A DNA stretch of 64,000 nt, taken from the NCBI GenBank assembly GCA_040357565.1, contig JBDODJ010000014.1; one strand, 5' to 3'. Under the pieces are notes generated by a model. That model searched no databases. It saw only the letters and a program-made list of their open reading frames with translations, and was not told the origin of the DNA. This stretch comes from Cercozoa sp. M6MM (Eukaryota > Protista > Endomyxa: Ascetosporea). The first letter of the stretch is position 1, and the number at the start of each line of letters is the position of its first letter. The position numbers were made by a program, and so were the translations under genes. This document shows, in pieces, positions 49,028 to 63,062 of the stretch.

Positions 49028-52000
49028 ATGGAATACCAAGTTGTCCAGCCAGAGCTCTGGGCCTTTTTGGGCCCTGGGCTTCTAGATCGGCGAGAGGTCA
49101 GTTTTGTCTGTTTTCGACCCATTGCGTGGTTCAGTTGCGCTTACTTTAAATCGCCAACTGAAGTTATGTACGCTTGCACTGTTGATCTGCAGCAAGAAAA
49201 GGCACATGTCCAACTCCTCAGTCGCATGAGTCAGCCGCAAGTGTTTCTCTTCTTGGCTAAAGCAGCTTTGCAGAGTCTTGAAGCAGCTGCCCTGTCCTTC
49301 ATGTCGGAAGAAGACCAGTGTAATTCTGTCCTCGTGCAGTATCCCTTTTTACTGCCTGCAATAACAGATCGTACGCACGAAGCTTCCTGCCAGTTCTTAT
49401 TAAGTCAGTGCGCGTCCCACGTGTCCACCTGCAGAGAAGAAGAGCTACATTTAGTATTGCAAGAGGTACAGTTTCTCGTAGTTCCAGACACGCGAAAGAT
49501 ACTGAGTATTTTGTGTTAGATACAAAAACTTGCACCCACCGTAAGGTTTCAACAGAACGTGGTCACTTTGTTTTTGTGGACCCGCTCGACTGCTGCGACT
49601 CAAAGCACATTTTTGCGCTTGCTGTGCGCACTTACAAAGAAGCATCGTGGCAGTGATTCTCTTTGCTCCTTGTGCGAAGGTACTTTGTTATGCAACTCAA
49701 GCTCACCAATGGCAAATTTAAAGCAGAAAAAGCGATCGGGGAAGGCCCGAACGCAAGCTGCGACGACGTGTTGGCTCTCTTCGTCGACGCTTGCATGGAA
49801 TCGTGCGATATTCATAGTGGACACTTTCGCTTCTCTGCCGTTCGAAATCTTACGTTGATTACTCGAGAAATGTGTCCCGAGTTTGTGGTACAACAAGTTC
49901 CTTGAGTTTTTATTTTGCACTCCGACGATGCGCACTTTTGCTTCAGGGTACTGGTCGAAAAGTCGATGATCAAGTCAAGAGGATGCAAACGCGAGCAGCG
50001 ATCAATTTTCGAGATTACCTCTTGAAAAGTACGTCACTGACCGTTTTTGCAGTAGTTCTTTGGGGCAAGTTCCGTGTGAAACATAATTATGCTCGGTACT
50101 TGCAGTACCCTTCGCGGTGGCACTGAGACTAATCAGGTGTTGTTTTGAGCATGCTGCCGTCATTCAACAGGTATAGTAAGTTATTTGTTTGTTTCAGTAT
50201 CAATAGCGTTGTTTGGTTCAATTTTGTTGTAACCTTACCGACTAGATGAACTGTAACCCTGAAAACCTTCTCATCGAAGCCTTCGAGCTGCTCCACGCTT
50301 GCTTTGAATTCGACTTCAGTTGCGTACATGGACTCAATTGCGTTTTTATTTCAAGCTGACCTGCCTTTGGGCAGATGGGAGAGGTATCGTCGGCGCTATC
50401 GCGAGGAGGAGGCACACGCAGCTCCTTCGTTCCACCCTCATGGTAAAATTACTGCTACAACGAAATTAAAATCAATCGATTTGCGCCACTCAAAATCTTA
50501 ACAGGAAGCAAGTGTATGAGCAAGAAGTAGGAGCAGGACAGAGAACTGTGATTGAGTACATTGCGCTTGCCGTCCAGGTACGAATCCATCACTACCAAAA
50601 GAGTTCGGTATCTCAGTTGTCATGACGCAGGAAGCAAGACGAACAAAGGAAATTGCCTTGCGAATGCTGTCGTCGTTCGTTATCTTTCGGCATGGGTTCG
50701 GACCCTACGCAACGCCAATTAAAAGGTGCACGAACCCTATTGTTGTATAATTTGACGTCAAGTGTACACGACGTAGAGAGTGCATTCGAGTGCTGGACCG
50801 TGCTCTCGTGGGAGCTGCGACGACCACCGCAGCAAGCACTGAAGAAGTCATCGAAAACACCGAGGCTGGATGTGACCTTTTGCAAATTCTGTTTCGTGCC
50901 GCGAGCTTCCGAGATTACGCTGCGGTGTTTGGCCGCGAAGAAGGTGGTCTCGACAGTTCCTACCGTGTTTTCGACTCCGTCGCCACCTTCTGCGATCATT
51001 CGCTATCTCTGTGGTACCGAAAAAATTACGATTCATGACTAAAAAATGTATATCTTGGTTGGACGTACCCTCGACCATGTAGCGAAAGAATGGAAGCAGA
51101 TGAGATCAACAGCGACGTTTGTATGCGAATACAAAAAGAGATCCTGGTAACAAGAATTTTTAAGGAACAAGGTATTCAATATTGAAAAAGCAGAGAGCGA
51201 TGTTTGCTCTGAGTCGAAATATGCACACAAGCACACTCTCGGTGTTCCATCCTGGGTCGCTCGACTTGTTTGGCATCACATATCACCTGCTTCGACAGAG
51301 TGCACAGTTCCCGCAAGGTTGGTCATCAGCGCAGATGTAAGGTTCTTGTATCTTCCGTCGATAAACGAACAACTGGCGATTCGTGCTTTGTCAGACTGGA
51401 TCTTCCAAGCGCACGCGACTTTGTACAAGCCGTGAGAGCAGAGGTCACCGGCGACATTGTAAATTTATCTCCTGGCGGGCTATACGCGTTGAGAGGCAAC
51501 TTGCGTGTTTACGCACATTTCTGATGCAGACAATAAGCGGATGGCAGGTCCCAGTGGTGGCGACACACTGTGCTGCTAAAGTGCTTGAGCGCTTCCTCCT
51601 CAACATTGTGCGGTGCTCTAACGTCGTTCACGACATCAACACCGATAGATACGCTACGCTAGAGCAAGAGCTGCTCGCCAAAGACAGCGAATTTCACGAA
51701 GTCGAGGAGCATGGCGTCGAGCCGGAGATGAGTTTCAAAACTCCTTCGTTCCTGGTAAATTATCACCTGTCCAGGATTTAGATGCGGTGCAGAGTTCAGA
51801 AACCTCCTATAACTCATATTAGGAAGCGTACGGCATAGACGTTGACACTTTGTCGCTGCTTTGCAATGCTTTCGCCATCTCGGGTTGCAGCTCTCGCGTC
51901 GCCGCCATCTTGTGTGGCGTCGTTCGAGAGGTACGGAAACGACCAACTAGCATCCTTCAGTCAGCATGTGCATTCTATTAGGTTGTTTTGCATGATGTGA

Positions 52001-55000
52001 GCGATAACGACGACGTGCAACGTGCTGATCATCACTTCGCACTACTCTTGCATATCACAAGTGCAATGGTACGCGTGTCATACTCTCACCAACCTCGCAC
52101 CTTGAACGTGTACTGTCACGATCGCTCCCGGAGTGTAGCTACGGCACCCCAGCAGTTCGGTGCCAACGCCTCTGTTTCACGCAGCGGAGCAATGCTTTAG
52201 CGCCAGTTCTGATGTGTTCTCAATGCTCGCTCGTCTCCTAGAGCAAGATAGGTACTGTTCATACTTCTACGGAAGCTATTCTCCACGCAGCAGCTTTACC
52301 CGACCCTTGTAGTCGCATCAGTGTGCTCATGCGCGGCACATGTATGGCTGTTTGCGACCTTTGCGCGGCCATCTTTTGGAGAGTCGAAGCTGATGATGCC
52401 GGAAGTGTGGTTGTTGCCTTGTCAGGTGCATAAGAACATAATACCATTGTCCTGAAATCCTAAATGACCAACATTCAGGAAACTCGTCACAACCGGCCGA
52501 GCACTTGGTGCGCATGGCGGGGTCGGTTCTTCTCATGCTGTTAAGGCACGGACCTCCTCTAGCTCAGGCTGCCGCTTCCAAAGTAACTGAAATTACATTT
52601 AAATTTCACTTTGATCTCCGGTCAACATCTATGTCCTGCAGGTGTTTTCAATCGCTGCAATGCTGCACTACTCTCCTGCAATGTGCCGAAGCTCACGACT
52701 GTACCCTTTGGCACCGACACTCGGTATCTCACAATGCCCTTACTGGTTCCTTGCAGATTCGAACTGGGAGGCTTCGTACCCGCCTCAGTGCTTCTCATTG
52801 GAAACCAAGTCGTCGGCTTTAGCTGCCAAGAGGACATTCATGAGTTGGAGAAATCAATAACTCATATCGACTTCACGGAAGATATCATAGCGATATCCGA
52901 TACATTGTGCACTGTCCTTGACCGCAACTATGTACTATCTTCTTGGTAACTGAATTAAGTTATTGACAGGAAGTACGACGACACGGAGGACAAGCAAGCA
53001 AGTCTGGTATATGTGTCGCACATCTTGCTTGCTTGTCCAGATATTGCGTGGAAGTTTTCGCGTGCTTGTAGCACATCCGCCCTTCAATGATTCCGATGTA
53101 CATGGCGCGGTTTGCTGCATCTGTGAAGTTGACACCTGCAGCTCTACCACACATCAAAAATCTGCATCGGGTATCCAATACACTGCCGGCGACGCATTGT
53201 GCCCTTGGTCTTGATATGTGTGCTTCTGTATGTGTAGGCACTAACGCAACTTGCTTTACTACACGCGATACAGCAGACGATGCATCGAGAGGGCGCGTTC
53301 GTTGAGTTCCTTCAGTCCTACAGCACACGCGCATACTTTCAACCTGAGTTTGAGCAGCAAAGCGTATGTTTTCGCATCTATTTTTGTATTTACACGTGCA
53401 TATCGCACAGGCACAAGACCGAGCAAAAGCCACCGCAGAACTTTTGCACGACTGCACGACAATCGCGCACTCGATTTGTTCCGTGGAATTTCAGTTTTGC
53501 GACCACGCTTTCGCTGAATGGCTGCTCAAGGATGCCGATTTGGGTATCTTGCTCGCTGTTTCAGTTGTTTAAGTGTGTCGAGTTTTGAGTCTTCGTTGTT
53601 ATTCTATGCAGTGGAAACGACGCTGCAATTGCTCACCAACGCTTCAAACAACGAAGTGTGCTCACACGAGTTCGCGCAATTGTTGTACGCGCTGTTCGGC
53701 TTCCTGCAGGCGCTCGCCGTGTGTCAAAACAAAGGTCGCTTGCCATGGACGGCGAGTGGCTCGCCGAGCGACTCCGAAAGTGTCGAAAGTGAAAACGTCA
53801 TTGAAAGTGACGCCAATCGCGTGCGATTCAGGAACTCTGGCGTTGACTTCGATTACATGCATCTACTGCTGGTTGGCCGAGCTTTCTCACTGACTGAACT
53901 TCACTCTTGCATTCTCCTTGTTCAGTTGATAGACGCTGCCGCACGCGCGTGTGCGGCCCGAGTGCTGTATTACGAAGTGCGGCAATGCTTGCAAGAAGCA
54001 CAGGAGACGGACGAAGAAGACGATGAGGAAGTCCTTAACGAGAAGTACAGAGCTTCTCTTTGCCACAACGAATACGAAATATCACCGTTGCTTTTGACAC
54101 ATTCAGCCCCGACTCATTGTTTGCGCGAAACGAGAACTTCACGCAGCAGCAAAGGTAATTTTTGGTGCTGCGCAAATACCGAATTACCAACTTGAATGCA
54201 GGAGAGAACGGCGTCGCCGCTTTGCCCTCGCGCGTCGAGAAGTCTCGCTTTTGTTAGTTTGTTCTACGAAAATACTAACCAACTAAAACAGGTTTGTTTG
54301 AAGACTGTCGTGTTGTGCGTCGGTGGCGTCCGTGTTTGACGGTAGCTTTGGCGAGCACATCCCGCTGGGTGCTGCCATCTACTGCAGTCGGGTAGGCGGT
54401 CACATCACTGCTGTATTGGTGATACTGAACTGTGTATTGTTGGCGAGCAGAAGACGAGCTCTGAAGAGTCGATTGGCAGCGGCGTTGAGCAGTTGACACG
54501 CATGCTGTTGCTCATGCCGATGCAACATATGGCCACGATGTTGCCCGACCAACAGTGGTATTAACTTCATGCCCATAAGTGTACAACTAATCGCAGTCGC
54601 TGTGCTCGTAATTTAGTTTCAACGTGCTGAGCGCCTTCTGGCTTGTAATATTCGGCGTGTTCTCTGAGTGCTTCAAGTCGCTGCTTAATGTCACGGCGGA
54701 GGACGACGCCGGTGGCGACCCACTGATTCTCAAGTACGTCGTCCCCGATCTGCGCACACTCGCCCTGCAGGTTTCCGTCGACGCGCCTGCCTCGGTACTG
54801 ATTTTTTGCCTTGCTAATCGATGGAACTGCTCACACCGGGCCAGCAGGCCAACCAGCGCGTGCGACAGAGTGCGCGTGCAGCCATGCTGGCCCTCATGGC
54901 CGCCTCGCGCAACTGCGCCGAACAACACGTCGCACACCCAGACACTTTCTTAGTATGCTTGTGTACATGTGTTGAATGCGATTTCGTCGAATTTGTGGCA

Positions 55001-55749
55001 CGTGCAGACACCGTGCGAGAGAGTGACCGAAGAGGCGGCACGAGTTGCGTTGCTGGCTGCACTTGACATTGTGCAGAACACTCCGAGCGCTGAGTGGCCC
55101 GGAGACAGACACGATCGGTCGAGTTGCAGCGATGACGATGAGGACGAAGACGAGGACGATAATGACCGCAACAATGCTGCCAGCGAAGAAGTAGACGACT
55201 CGCAGTTCGCTTTTGTGTGGCGCAACACTCGACTCCAGCTGGCAGGTGCGATTCTGGTGTTCGCATCTGTCACAACGCCTTCGCGGGTACGAGAACTCGT
55301 GCAAGAGTCTGCCAGGGTACCAACCTCTGACCTCTTAGTAACCTACGTACCTCTGCTTTTAAACAGGGCATCGGACCCAACATGATTGCGTTTTTCGAGC
55401 GACTGTTTGCCGACATTCCGCGCTTGCTGAGGTAAACTTATAAAGGTTTCACTACTCTTCTTTCATTCGAATACATCGGCACTCACCTGCAGCCGCAGGA
55501 ACGACCATGCCGCGCATGTACAGGCGAAGTTAAGACAATTAAACCGCCGGTACATTACGCATTTCACATCCTGCTGTCGCAACGACATGGAGCTCGTCTC
55601 CACGGTAATTTTCCCCTCGCTTTTCATTTTAAAGTACCGTTTACTCTGAGGGTGTGCAGGAGGATGTCGCAATCGATGAAGACACGAGCAACACTGCAGG
55701 AGACACCGAGTCTGAATCAGACAATGATGATAGCAGCGCAATGGTGTAG
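49028..55749 (+). CDS. Large helical-repeat protein, divergent exportin-7/RanBP16-like karyopherin
   Basis: RAAINFRDYLLK..FAVALRLI and LLIEAFELLHACFEFDF resemble exportin-7 motifs (recalled as ASSFRD..L..IF and CLNFDF). Leu/Ala-rich helical exons with acidic loops; stop TAG at 55747-55749. Confidence 0.5.
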
Positions 55750-55862
55750 TCAGGAGTATTCCCGTCAAGTCCATTCGTTCAGTTTAATCACTTTTAGTTC
55801 AACTTTCCGATCTACTATGGAACAATAAATTCATACCCAAGGCCCACCATAGCCAGAAGTGA

Positions 55863-58560
55863 CTAGTCTCGCCGCTCTTGCACCGGCTGCTCTTGTACCA
55901 GGTCGCGATCGCGCTCCGGTGAGGTTCCGGTGACGGTGATGTCAATGAGCGGCGCACTTGGCATGCCCGCCGCGATTCCGGCAGATGTAGCCGCAGCGGG
56001 CGCGACAGCTACGCCTGGGTGCGCCTGTGCAGTCGCACGTGTCGTGCGAGTGGCATAAGCAGTCACCGTGACTGGCATCGGTTGTGGCGGTGCTATTGGC
56101 AGACGCACCGACGCTCGTGTCTGGAGCCAACGTATCAATTTCCGCTCGACATGACCAAGAGGGTAGTAGCGACAAGGACTTACTACCTGCGGAGGCTGCG
56201 GTTGTCGATGCTTAGCACGCAAGCGCATCAGTTTCTCGTGCTTCTCGCCGCGTCGGCGTCGCTTGAGCTCCTGCGATACCTACACACACGACACAGTTGA
56301 AAGCAAAGACGACTGCGACGGAGCCGAAGTATACCCGGAAGGACTGCACTGGGAAAACCGGCAGTATTTGTGCTCCTTTGATCTTTGGGCAGTAGATACG
56401 TGGGTCAGCGCGCACTGTGACACAGTGATAACGAATTTACTCATCGCAAAAGATGAATCCAGACAAAGTTGCCGTGTACCTTTCGAGCGATCCAGCCAGT
56501 ACACACGCGGGTGCATTGAGTGCCTGCTCACGGAGGGGTACGTGTATAACACATTTTCTCCCGAGAGACACACTACAAAAGTACCGACAGCTCTTGCCGC
56601 GAGCGCACTCGGGATCACCGCAGTCGCTTTTGAGTGTTCCGTGCTTCATCATGCTCTTAATGATGCCAGGTTTGACACTAGTCACCTTGTTCATGATGCC
56701 AAAGGCCACACCGTCGTCGCGCGTGAATGCCCCAAACTCCGCCAGCAGCATCTGCATTGATGGAAAACGTGTAGAACTCCGCCAGCAGCATCTGCACGTA
56801 TCGCAAGAAGAGTGAACATCATTACAGCCAGCGAGGTTTGTTTCGGTGCGTAGCTGGTTTGCCGACTGAGCACATGACGTGTTGCATATCTTAGGACAAA
56901 AGATAAAGTGGAAAAGCACTTTTGCGAAGCACGTCGCGGCAGCGACAACGGCGACTCCTCTTCGAATTCGTCTTCGTCCTACAAGAATATTTCGACATAC
57001 TTCATACCGGCTTGTGCTTGTGCTGCGCAAACACGGTGTATTCTTCAACTTACGTACTCATCCTCCGGTTCATCCTACACGCGCAGAGATAATCCAACAG
57101 AAGAGAAAAAGCTGAAAGAGAAAACTACAAGCAGTTGCGAGTGCTCGATGGGGGCTCGGTTCTCGTCGTTGATGCTGCTGTTGGTACTGTTGTTGGTGCT
57201 GATGCCAGCGTTGCTGTTGACAGCGGCAACCGTGGTGGTGTGTCGTCGACTGCGACGAAGCGCGTACACTTCGTTCTCGACTGCAGTGAAGTTTAGTGTA
57301 GTAGTTGTGATATGTATCATGGGGGTACAGAGAGCCCAAAGCTTACAGTGCACTGGATGCAACGTAGCACTCACTGGTTCACGCACGCGCTCCAAGTCTC
57401 CTGCATGCGCACAGGATCAACTACACTGACGCACTCAATGACATTTAAATACCCAGCTGGACGACATGCGAGATGCCTGGTGTGAGTGCCTCCTGTATGC
57501 ATACCGTGGTATCTACTACATTCCCTGTGGGCTGAACACTGTACATTTATGCCGGACGGCACGGCAACTGTCACTGTTGGTATTGAAGTGCGAGCACGCT
57601 TATCTTCCCTGCTCAGAGTATAATATATATATATATATATATATATGTGGCATAGTATATCTGGAAACGTTGTACCGGTCTTCAGCATGCGGATTCGGGC
57701 GTTTCGTGCCAGTTTCAGCTGTGTCAAACAGAGGTAGACTGATACGTTGTACAGGTGGTAAGGCTGGTACGGTTGAAGATGGCGTCAATACTGCCAGTCG
57801 GCGACAGTATTGTTGGCCCACTCTACACACTCACACACACACGCACACAAAGTCACCTCGCTACAGTCAGTGCATGCCTGATGCAAGCTACTGCATGTTG
57901 GTGCGCCAAGCGTGTGTCGATGTGCAGGTTGCCTTTCTTGCTGCCTGCACATCGCAGGATACTCGACTACATTGGCCCGCGTCATCTGAGATGTACCATT
58001 GCTGTTCTGACTGGGCGCAGCCAACTGATGCGGTGTACTGATGTGTTCCTTTAACTTCTGCACGTCTCGCTCTACAGCAACATTTGCTTCCGTGACTTCA
58101 ATTCCGACAATGACATAATGGGTACGGAGTCCTCGTTGCTGCTCCTCCAGTTGAGTCATTCGTTGTCCTACACACGCCCACTTTCGAGAGAGTGTTATTC
58201 TGGTGCTGAGAGAATGTGTACCGATGGAAGAACACATGTCGGAGATGAGCGTCAGTTGCGTCAGAATCTGCTGCTGTCCTTGTGACTAAAAGAGGACCAG
58301 GCAAACAGTCGGCAAACTTTAGCGCACAAGCGAACCTTCTTTAGTGTCAAAGCCTACCTGGTTCTGCGCCAACGTGTGTAGATGGTGCGCTTGACGCAGA
58401 TGAGCTTGTGCTCGCAGCTGCTGGCCCTGTAGCTACGGAAACAGAAATACCCTTCCCAAGTAGGCAGCGGAAATCGAACTTACGAGACTCATGACTTGCG
58501 GCTGCGGCGCTTGCGACGCCTGCTGGTTCTGCATCAACGACGGCTTATGGGACATCAAGT
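55863..58560 (-). CDS. Hypothetical low-complexity protein with one CCCH-like motif
   Basis: Q-rich N-terminal exons, spliced DCGDPECARGKSCRHSMH and a Pro/Ala/Thr-rich last exon. Start not resolved. Confidence 0.4.
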
Positions 58561-59284
58561 GGAGCGCCGAGTGTTGTGACTGCGCATATGTGGTATACAC
58601 GCCAATAACAGCAACAATGGGCAAAGCAGAAGCTGCGGGGGAAGAAGCAAGACAAATCACAGAAAAGTTGGTCACATTCTGCAACGGATTTGGTGCCTGC
58701 ACTGACAGTTCAACTCAACACAAACGAAACAGCCGTCCCGCAAAAATTCGCACCGAAACGAGCGATGGCGACACAAGGGTCGGCAGTTGGCTCGGATACT
58801 GCTGCTGCGACATTTTTGTTTTTTGTTTTCGACTGACTTCTTTTTCGGTGACGGTGACCAACCTGATCGCGCCCGATCACAGAACAGACACAGAACCAAA
58901 AAGACTCTTCGACCGTACCTGGGACTACTCACGCAGTACACGCTGCTCTGTAGTGCACGCGCTGGTGCGTTTGAGTTCCGCAATTGAAGGGACCCAGTCC
59001 GGAAAACCGCCCCGAGACTTGCAGCTTTGAAGCTGCCTGGGCCGTGGCAACTATAAATTGACCTCGTGTGCCGACAGAAAGCACCTCTCTCTCTCGGGTC
59101 GCCCGGCTTTCTGATCAATGGTTCTGATCGTTGTGGATCAAGGGACTGACTGGTCAGTTTGCCTGTTGGTCCATGGTGCCCCTGTACCGTACGTTTGGAC
59201 CAGCCCTGTACAGTAGCCGCATGCCCCTGGCCGGGGTTGGGCGTGCTAGTGTGTATTCTGGGCATTCTGGTTGTGCTATCAAAG

Positions 59285-61058
59285 ATGGGCGGTGTCATAT
59301 CGCTGTTCCGCCGAGATGTGCGTTGATTTTTGCTATTCATTGCAATTCTGATCGACGTGCGTGTGTGGCTTTCTCCATGTGGCTTTCTTCATGTGGCTTT
59401 CTCCATGTGGCTTTCTCCATGACAGGCAGGGATGTCGGCGCTCGTGTCGAACTACGACGAGCAGCTGCAGCAAATCGCGCAGGAGATCGAAGCGAGGCAC
59501 GAAAGCAAGCTGCGCACGAGAGCGCGTTGGCGCACCGTGGCCGTGCTGAGTGTGGTGCTGCTTGGCGCCTGCGTGCTGCTGACGGCACTGCTGCTGTACT
59601 GGCGCTCGCGACTTGCCAAACACGGAGCTGTGGCTGCACTCGTGTGTGCTGTGGTCTGGAAGTTCGCGACACTGTACGCGCAGTGGCGTGTGCGTCTCTT
59701 TGACCGAGGGTAGTATGGGACATGGGACGAGGTTGTATTGTATTTCTTTGTGAAGTGCAAGAAATTGGAGGGTTTTGCAGAATTGCGTCGCTAGGCGATA
59801 TGCGCGAACGAAAGCTGCAAGAGCGTACTCTTTGTTATGCGTGTAAGTTTCAGATGTGTACTGCTTTGCGTGTGTGCAGTGGAGAAACTCACGGATTTCC
59901 GCAAGCTGCGCGCCGTGGTGGCCAAGCACCGTGGCGTCGCTCTCGGCTCGGCCAAGTCAAAACAACAACAACAACAACAACAACTGCAACGACAACAAAC
60001 TCCGAGTGCACAGACTGCACAGCAGCAGCAGCAGCAGCAGCGACAACTGTACCTGCAGAGACAACGACAGCTGCAACTGCAGCGACAACAGCAACTGCAA
60101 CAACAGCAGCAGCAACAACAACAGCAACAACAAAAGCAACCCCAACAACAACCTCAACAACCCCAACAACAACCTCAACCACGCCAACAACAACCTCAAC
60201 AGCCCCAACAACAACCTCAACAGCCCCAACAACAACCTCAACAACCCCAACAACAACCCCCGCAACAGCAGGCGTTCCCGATGAATCCGGAGGCACAGCA
60301 ACTGTCGAGTCAGCAGCGCCACTCACTCCAACTCAGGGTGAACGCCAACCTGCGCAATCTGGGCCGCGAACCCCTGTCTACTCGCGAGGTACCTTCCTTC
60401 CTGTTCTGTACTGTACTGTCCTGTACTGTCCTGTACTGGCTGTACAAACACCCCGATCTGCAGAAGAACACATTCGATCGCTTCACGGACTGGGTGATGC
60501 ACGAAGGACCCTCGCGTCGCACGGCGCTCGTGTGCGCCTCCTGCGGCCGGCACAACGGTCTCATGGCGCATGCACTCGCTGCGCAGACGCACTACCAGTG
60601 TCCGCATTGTTTGGTACACACCATCTGTTGTACCCCTCTGTCCTCTAGGTGGTTTCGTTTACCCTGCCTTTGTGTAGAACTACAACGGTCCCAACGGCTA
60701 CATCACGCCACTGCAGTGGAACGCCGTCATGCAGCAGCGACAACTTCGCGCGCAGCAGCAGCACGCCGCGCTGCAACAACAGCGACAACTCCAACAGCAG
60801 CAACAACTCCAACAACAGCGACAACAACAAGAACAGGAGTCAAAAGAAACCGACTCTGCTGAGAACAAGGAAGGCCCGACTCCAGAAGTCAACTCTGATG
60901 ACGCCAAGAAAGAATCGCAAGCTGCACACACACTCCACGAAAGTGACCTCCGAGACGAAAGCGAAAGCGAAGGCGAAAGCGAAGGCGAAAGCGAAAGCGA
61001 AGGCGAAATCCCAAGTAACGAAGCTGACGAAAATGAACAGGATTCCGACAGCAACTGA
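59285..61058 (+). CDS. LNPK: Lunapark ER-junction protein with long polyQ/QP insert
   Basis: MGGVISLFRRD (myristoylation-type start), coiled coil, two TMs, then TFDRFTDWVMHEGPSRRTALVCASCGRHNG...YQCPHC zinc ribbon and an acidic tail. Confidence 0.9.
59364..59421. repeat. 14-bp tandem repeat (GTGGCTTTCTCCAT) x4 in lunapark intron 1
   Basis: Directly visible. Confidence 0.9.
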
Positions 61059-61323
61059 TTTAAACGCCAATTCGCGCTGTATTTGTCGTTTTTACTGATA
61101 TTTCCTAAGCGGGCGGTAGACACGGCCATGCTCTTGTGACCCACCCCAGACCGGTGCAGACTAACTAACTTTTACTGATATTTCTGGGACAACGAAGCGA
61201 ATAGCACGGGCAAACGGATGCGTGATACCTGTAGTTGAGTACGCAAGTTATCACGCGGGTGTTCAGCCCCAGAGGCGCAGCCTACTTAAACAGACTTATT
61301 TTGCGTATACAACCCAGTAGGAG

Positions 61324-63008
61324 ATGTACACGGGTGCCAGAAGTGTGCGCGCTCTAATCAGGTTGGCGCAGTTTCGATGCGCGAGCAAGGTTTGCGGATC
61401 TGTAACTGTTTTGGAAAGAAAGACGCACCCGTTCCTGTTTGCCTTAAGCAGGATTGGAAGCAGTCCGTGTTGCAAGTGCACCGATCGGGCTTCAACGTAT
61501 CTTTGTTTTTGTGGAGTGCTTGACCTGTAAATCTATAGCACGCATATTGACAACGTTGTGCTTTGTCTCCTTGCAGCCGTCGCGCGACCTGTTCTGGAAC
61601 ACAGGCAACGTCGTCGAGAGTTCCGGCAGTGCCGTCGTTGTCGACGTCGATGTCAATGCGAAGTACACCGAGAGCGGCAAGCCTGAGGTGTGCGCCTTTG
61701 CTTTTACTCTGCTGGATCCTGGGTTCCTTCCTTGTTCAAGCGCGTATCTCCCGTAGAAACAACGTACGCTACTTACCTGTGCGCACGTCGTTGCGAACTC
61801 TCGTACGGCAAGCTTTAGGCTTTGCTCCAAGTGTTCGTGCCGCTATCTTAACTGTCTGGACTGGTGTTTTAGGCTTCTTGTGGATCGACTCGAAGAGCGG
61901 TGCTAACCATGGCGTCGGCACTTCTGTGCCACTGAAGGTGTCTCTTTTTTGGTGTGTGTGTGGTTTTCATTGATCGGGTGTGCCTTTTTATCCTGAGTTA
62001 ATCTTTCCCCAGGTCATTGCCACGGCACATGAGATCGACTTGGCTTTATTGACTCCTGATCGTAGCCTTCTTTACAGGAAACCAGGACACTTGTTCTACA
62101 GTAGCCTGCTGTGGGAGTGTAGTGGGACCCGACACTGACGCAGCCACGCGTGAGCTCGTCGACCGGTTTTTCGAAGAGCAGCTTGCGCCGGCACAACTGG
62201 CCGGTTCGATAGTTCTGTAGTTCAGTTCGGTTGGGCTTTGTGATGTGCACACCGAGTGCGAGTACAGAGGAGCTGCCGAAGCGAGGCGAAAAGTGTGTTG
62301 TCGTTGGCTTTCCGGGCGGTGGCTCAACACTCTGCGTCACCTCTGGTACACCCATTTCTGCCTTAGCAACTTATGTGTGAGAAGTGCATTTTGCAAGGGT
62401 GCCAACTGAATAGGTGTCGTTAGTCGCGTGGAGGGTGTTCACTATGCGCACAGTTGCGGCAGTCACCTCGCCATTCAGGTTGACGCTGCTGTCAATGGCG
62501 GCAACTCTGGTGGTAAACCCCTCTATCTTTATCTGTATATATAAATATATGTATATATAATATAGTACAATATAATATGTTATGATGCATACAGGTTAGT
62601 TTAACGTTCTTTACAGGTGTTCTGGCCGATACGAAGAGCGACGCAGTCACCGGCATCGTTCATCAAGGTTTCTCGGGCTCCGACTATCAGGTAGGACCCT
62701 TGGACTCATAGAAATCAACATATATATATATATATAATATATGTATTTATCCCGTATCAATATTAGAACAATGGCTCGGCCATTCCGACCAACGTGATTC
62801 GACTCTTCCTGGACGCTGTTGAGAAGGGCGACCTGCAGACGCCTGAGATGAACGAGTGGATCACCGACTTTGGCCTGCCGGTAGCCTCTGTGTCCAGAGT
62901 CTACTCTTAAAGCTGAGCGTTGGCTGTTGGTGCAGACCTGGATCCCGGCTTGGTCGGCACAGCCGCTGCTCGATGATCCTCTGCTGCGCGAGAAGCTTGT
63001 ACCGCTGC

Positions 63009-63062
<54 letters not shown>

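Noticed and set aside
59722-60648. Thr-rich (mucin-like), Asn-rich and antisense Val/Leu-rich ORFs
   Set aside because: Alternative frames of the lunapark CAA/CAG polyQ tract.
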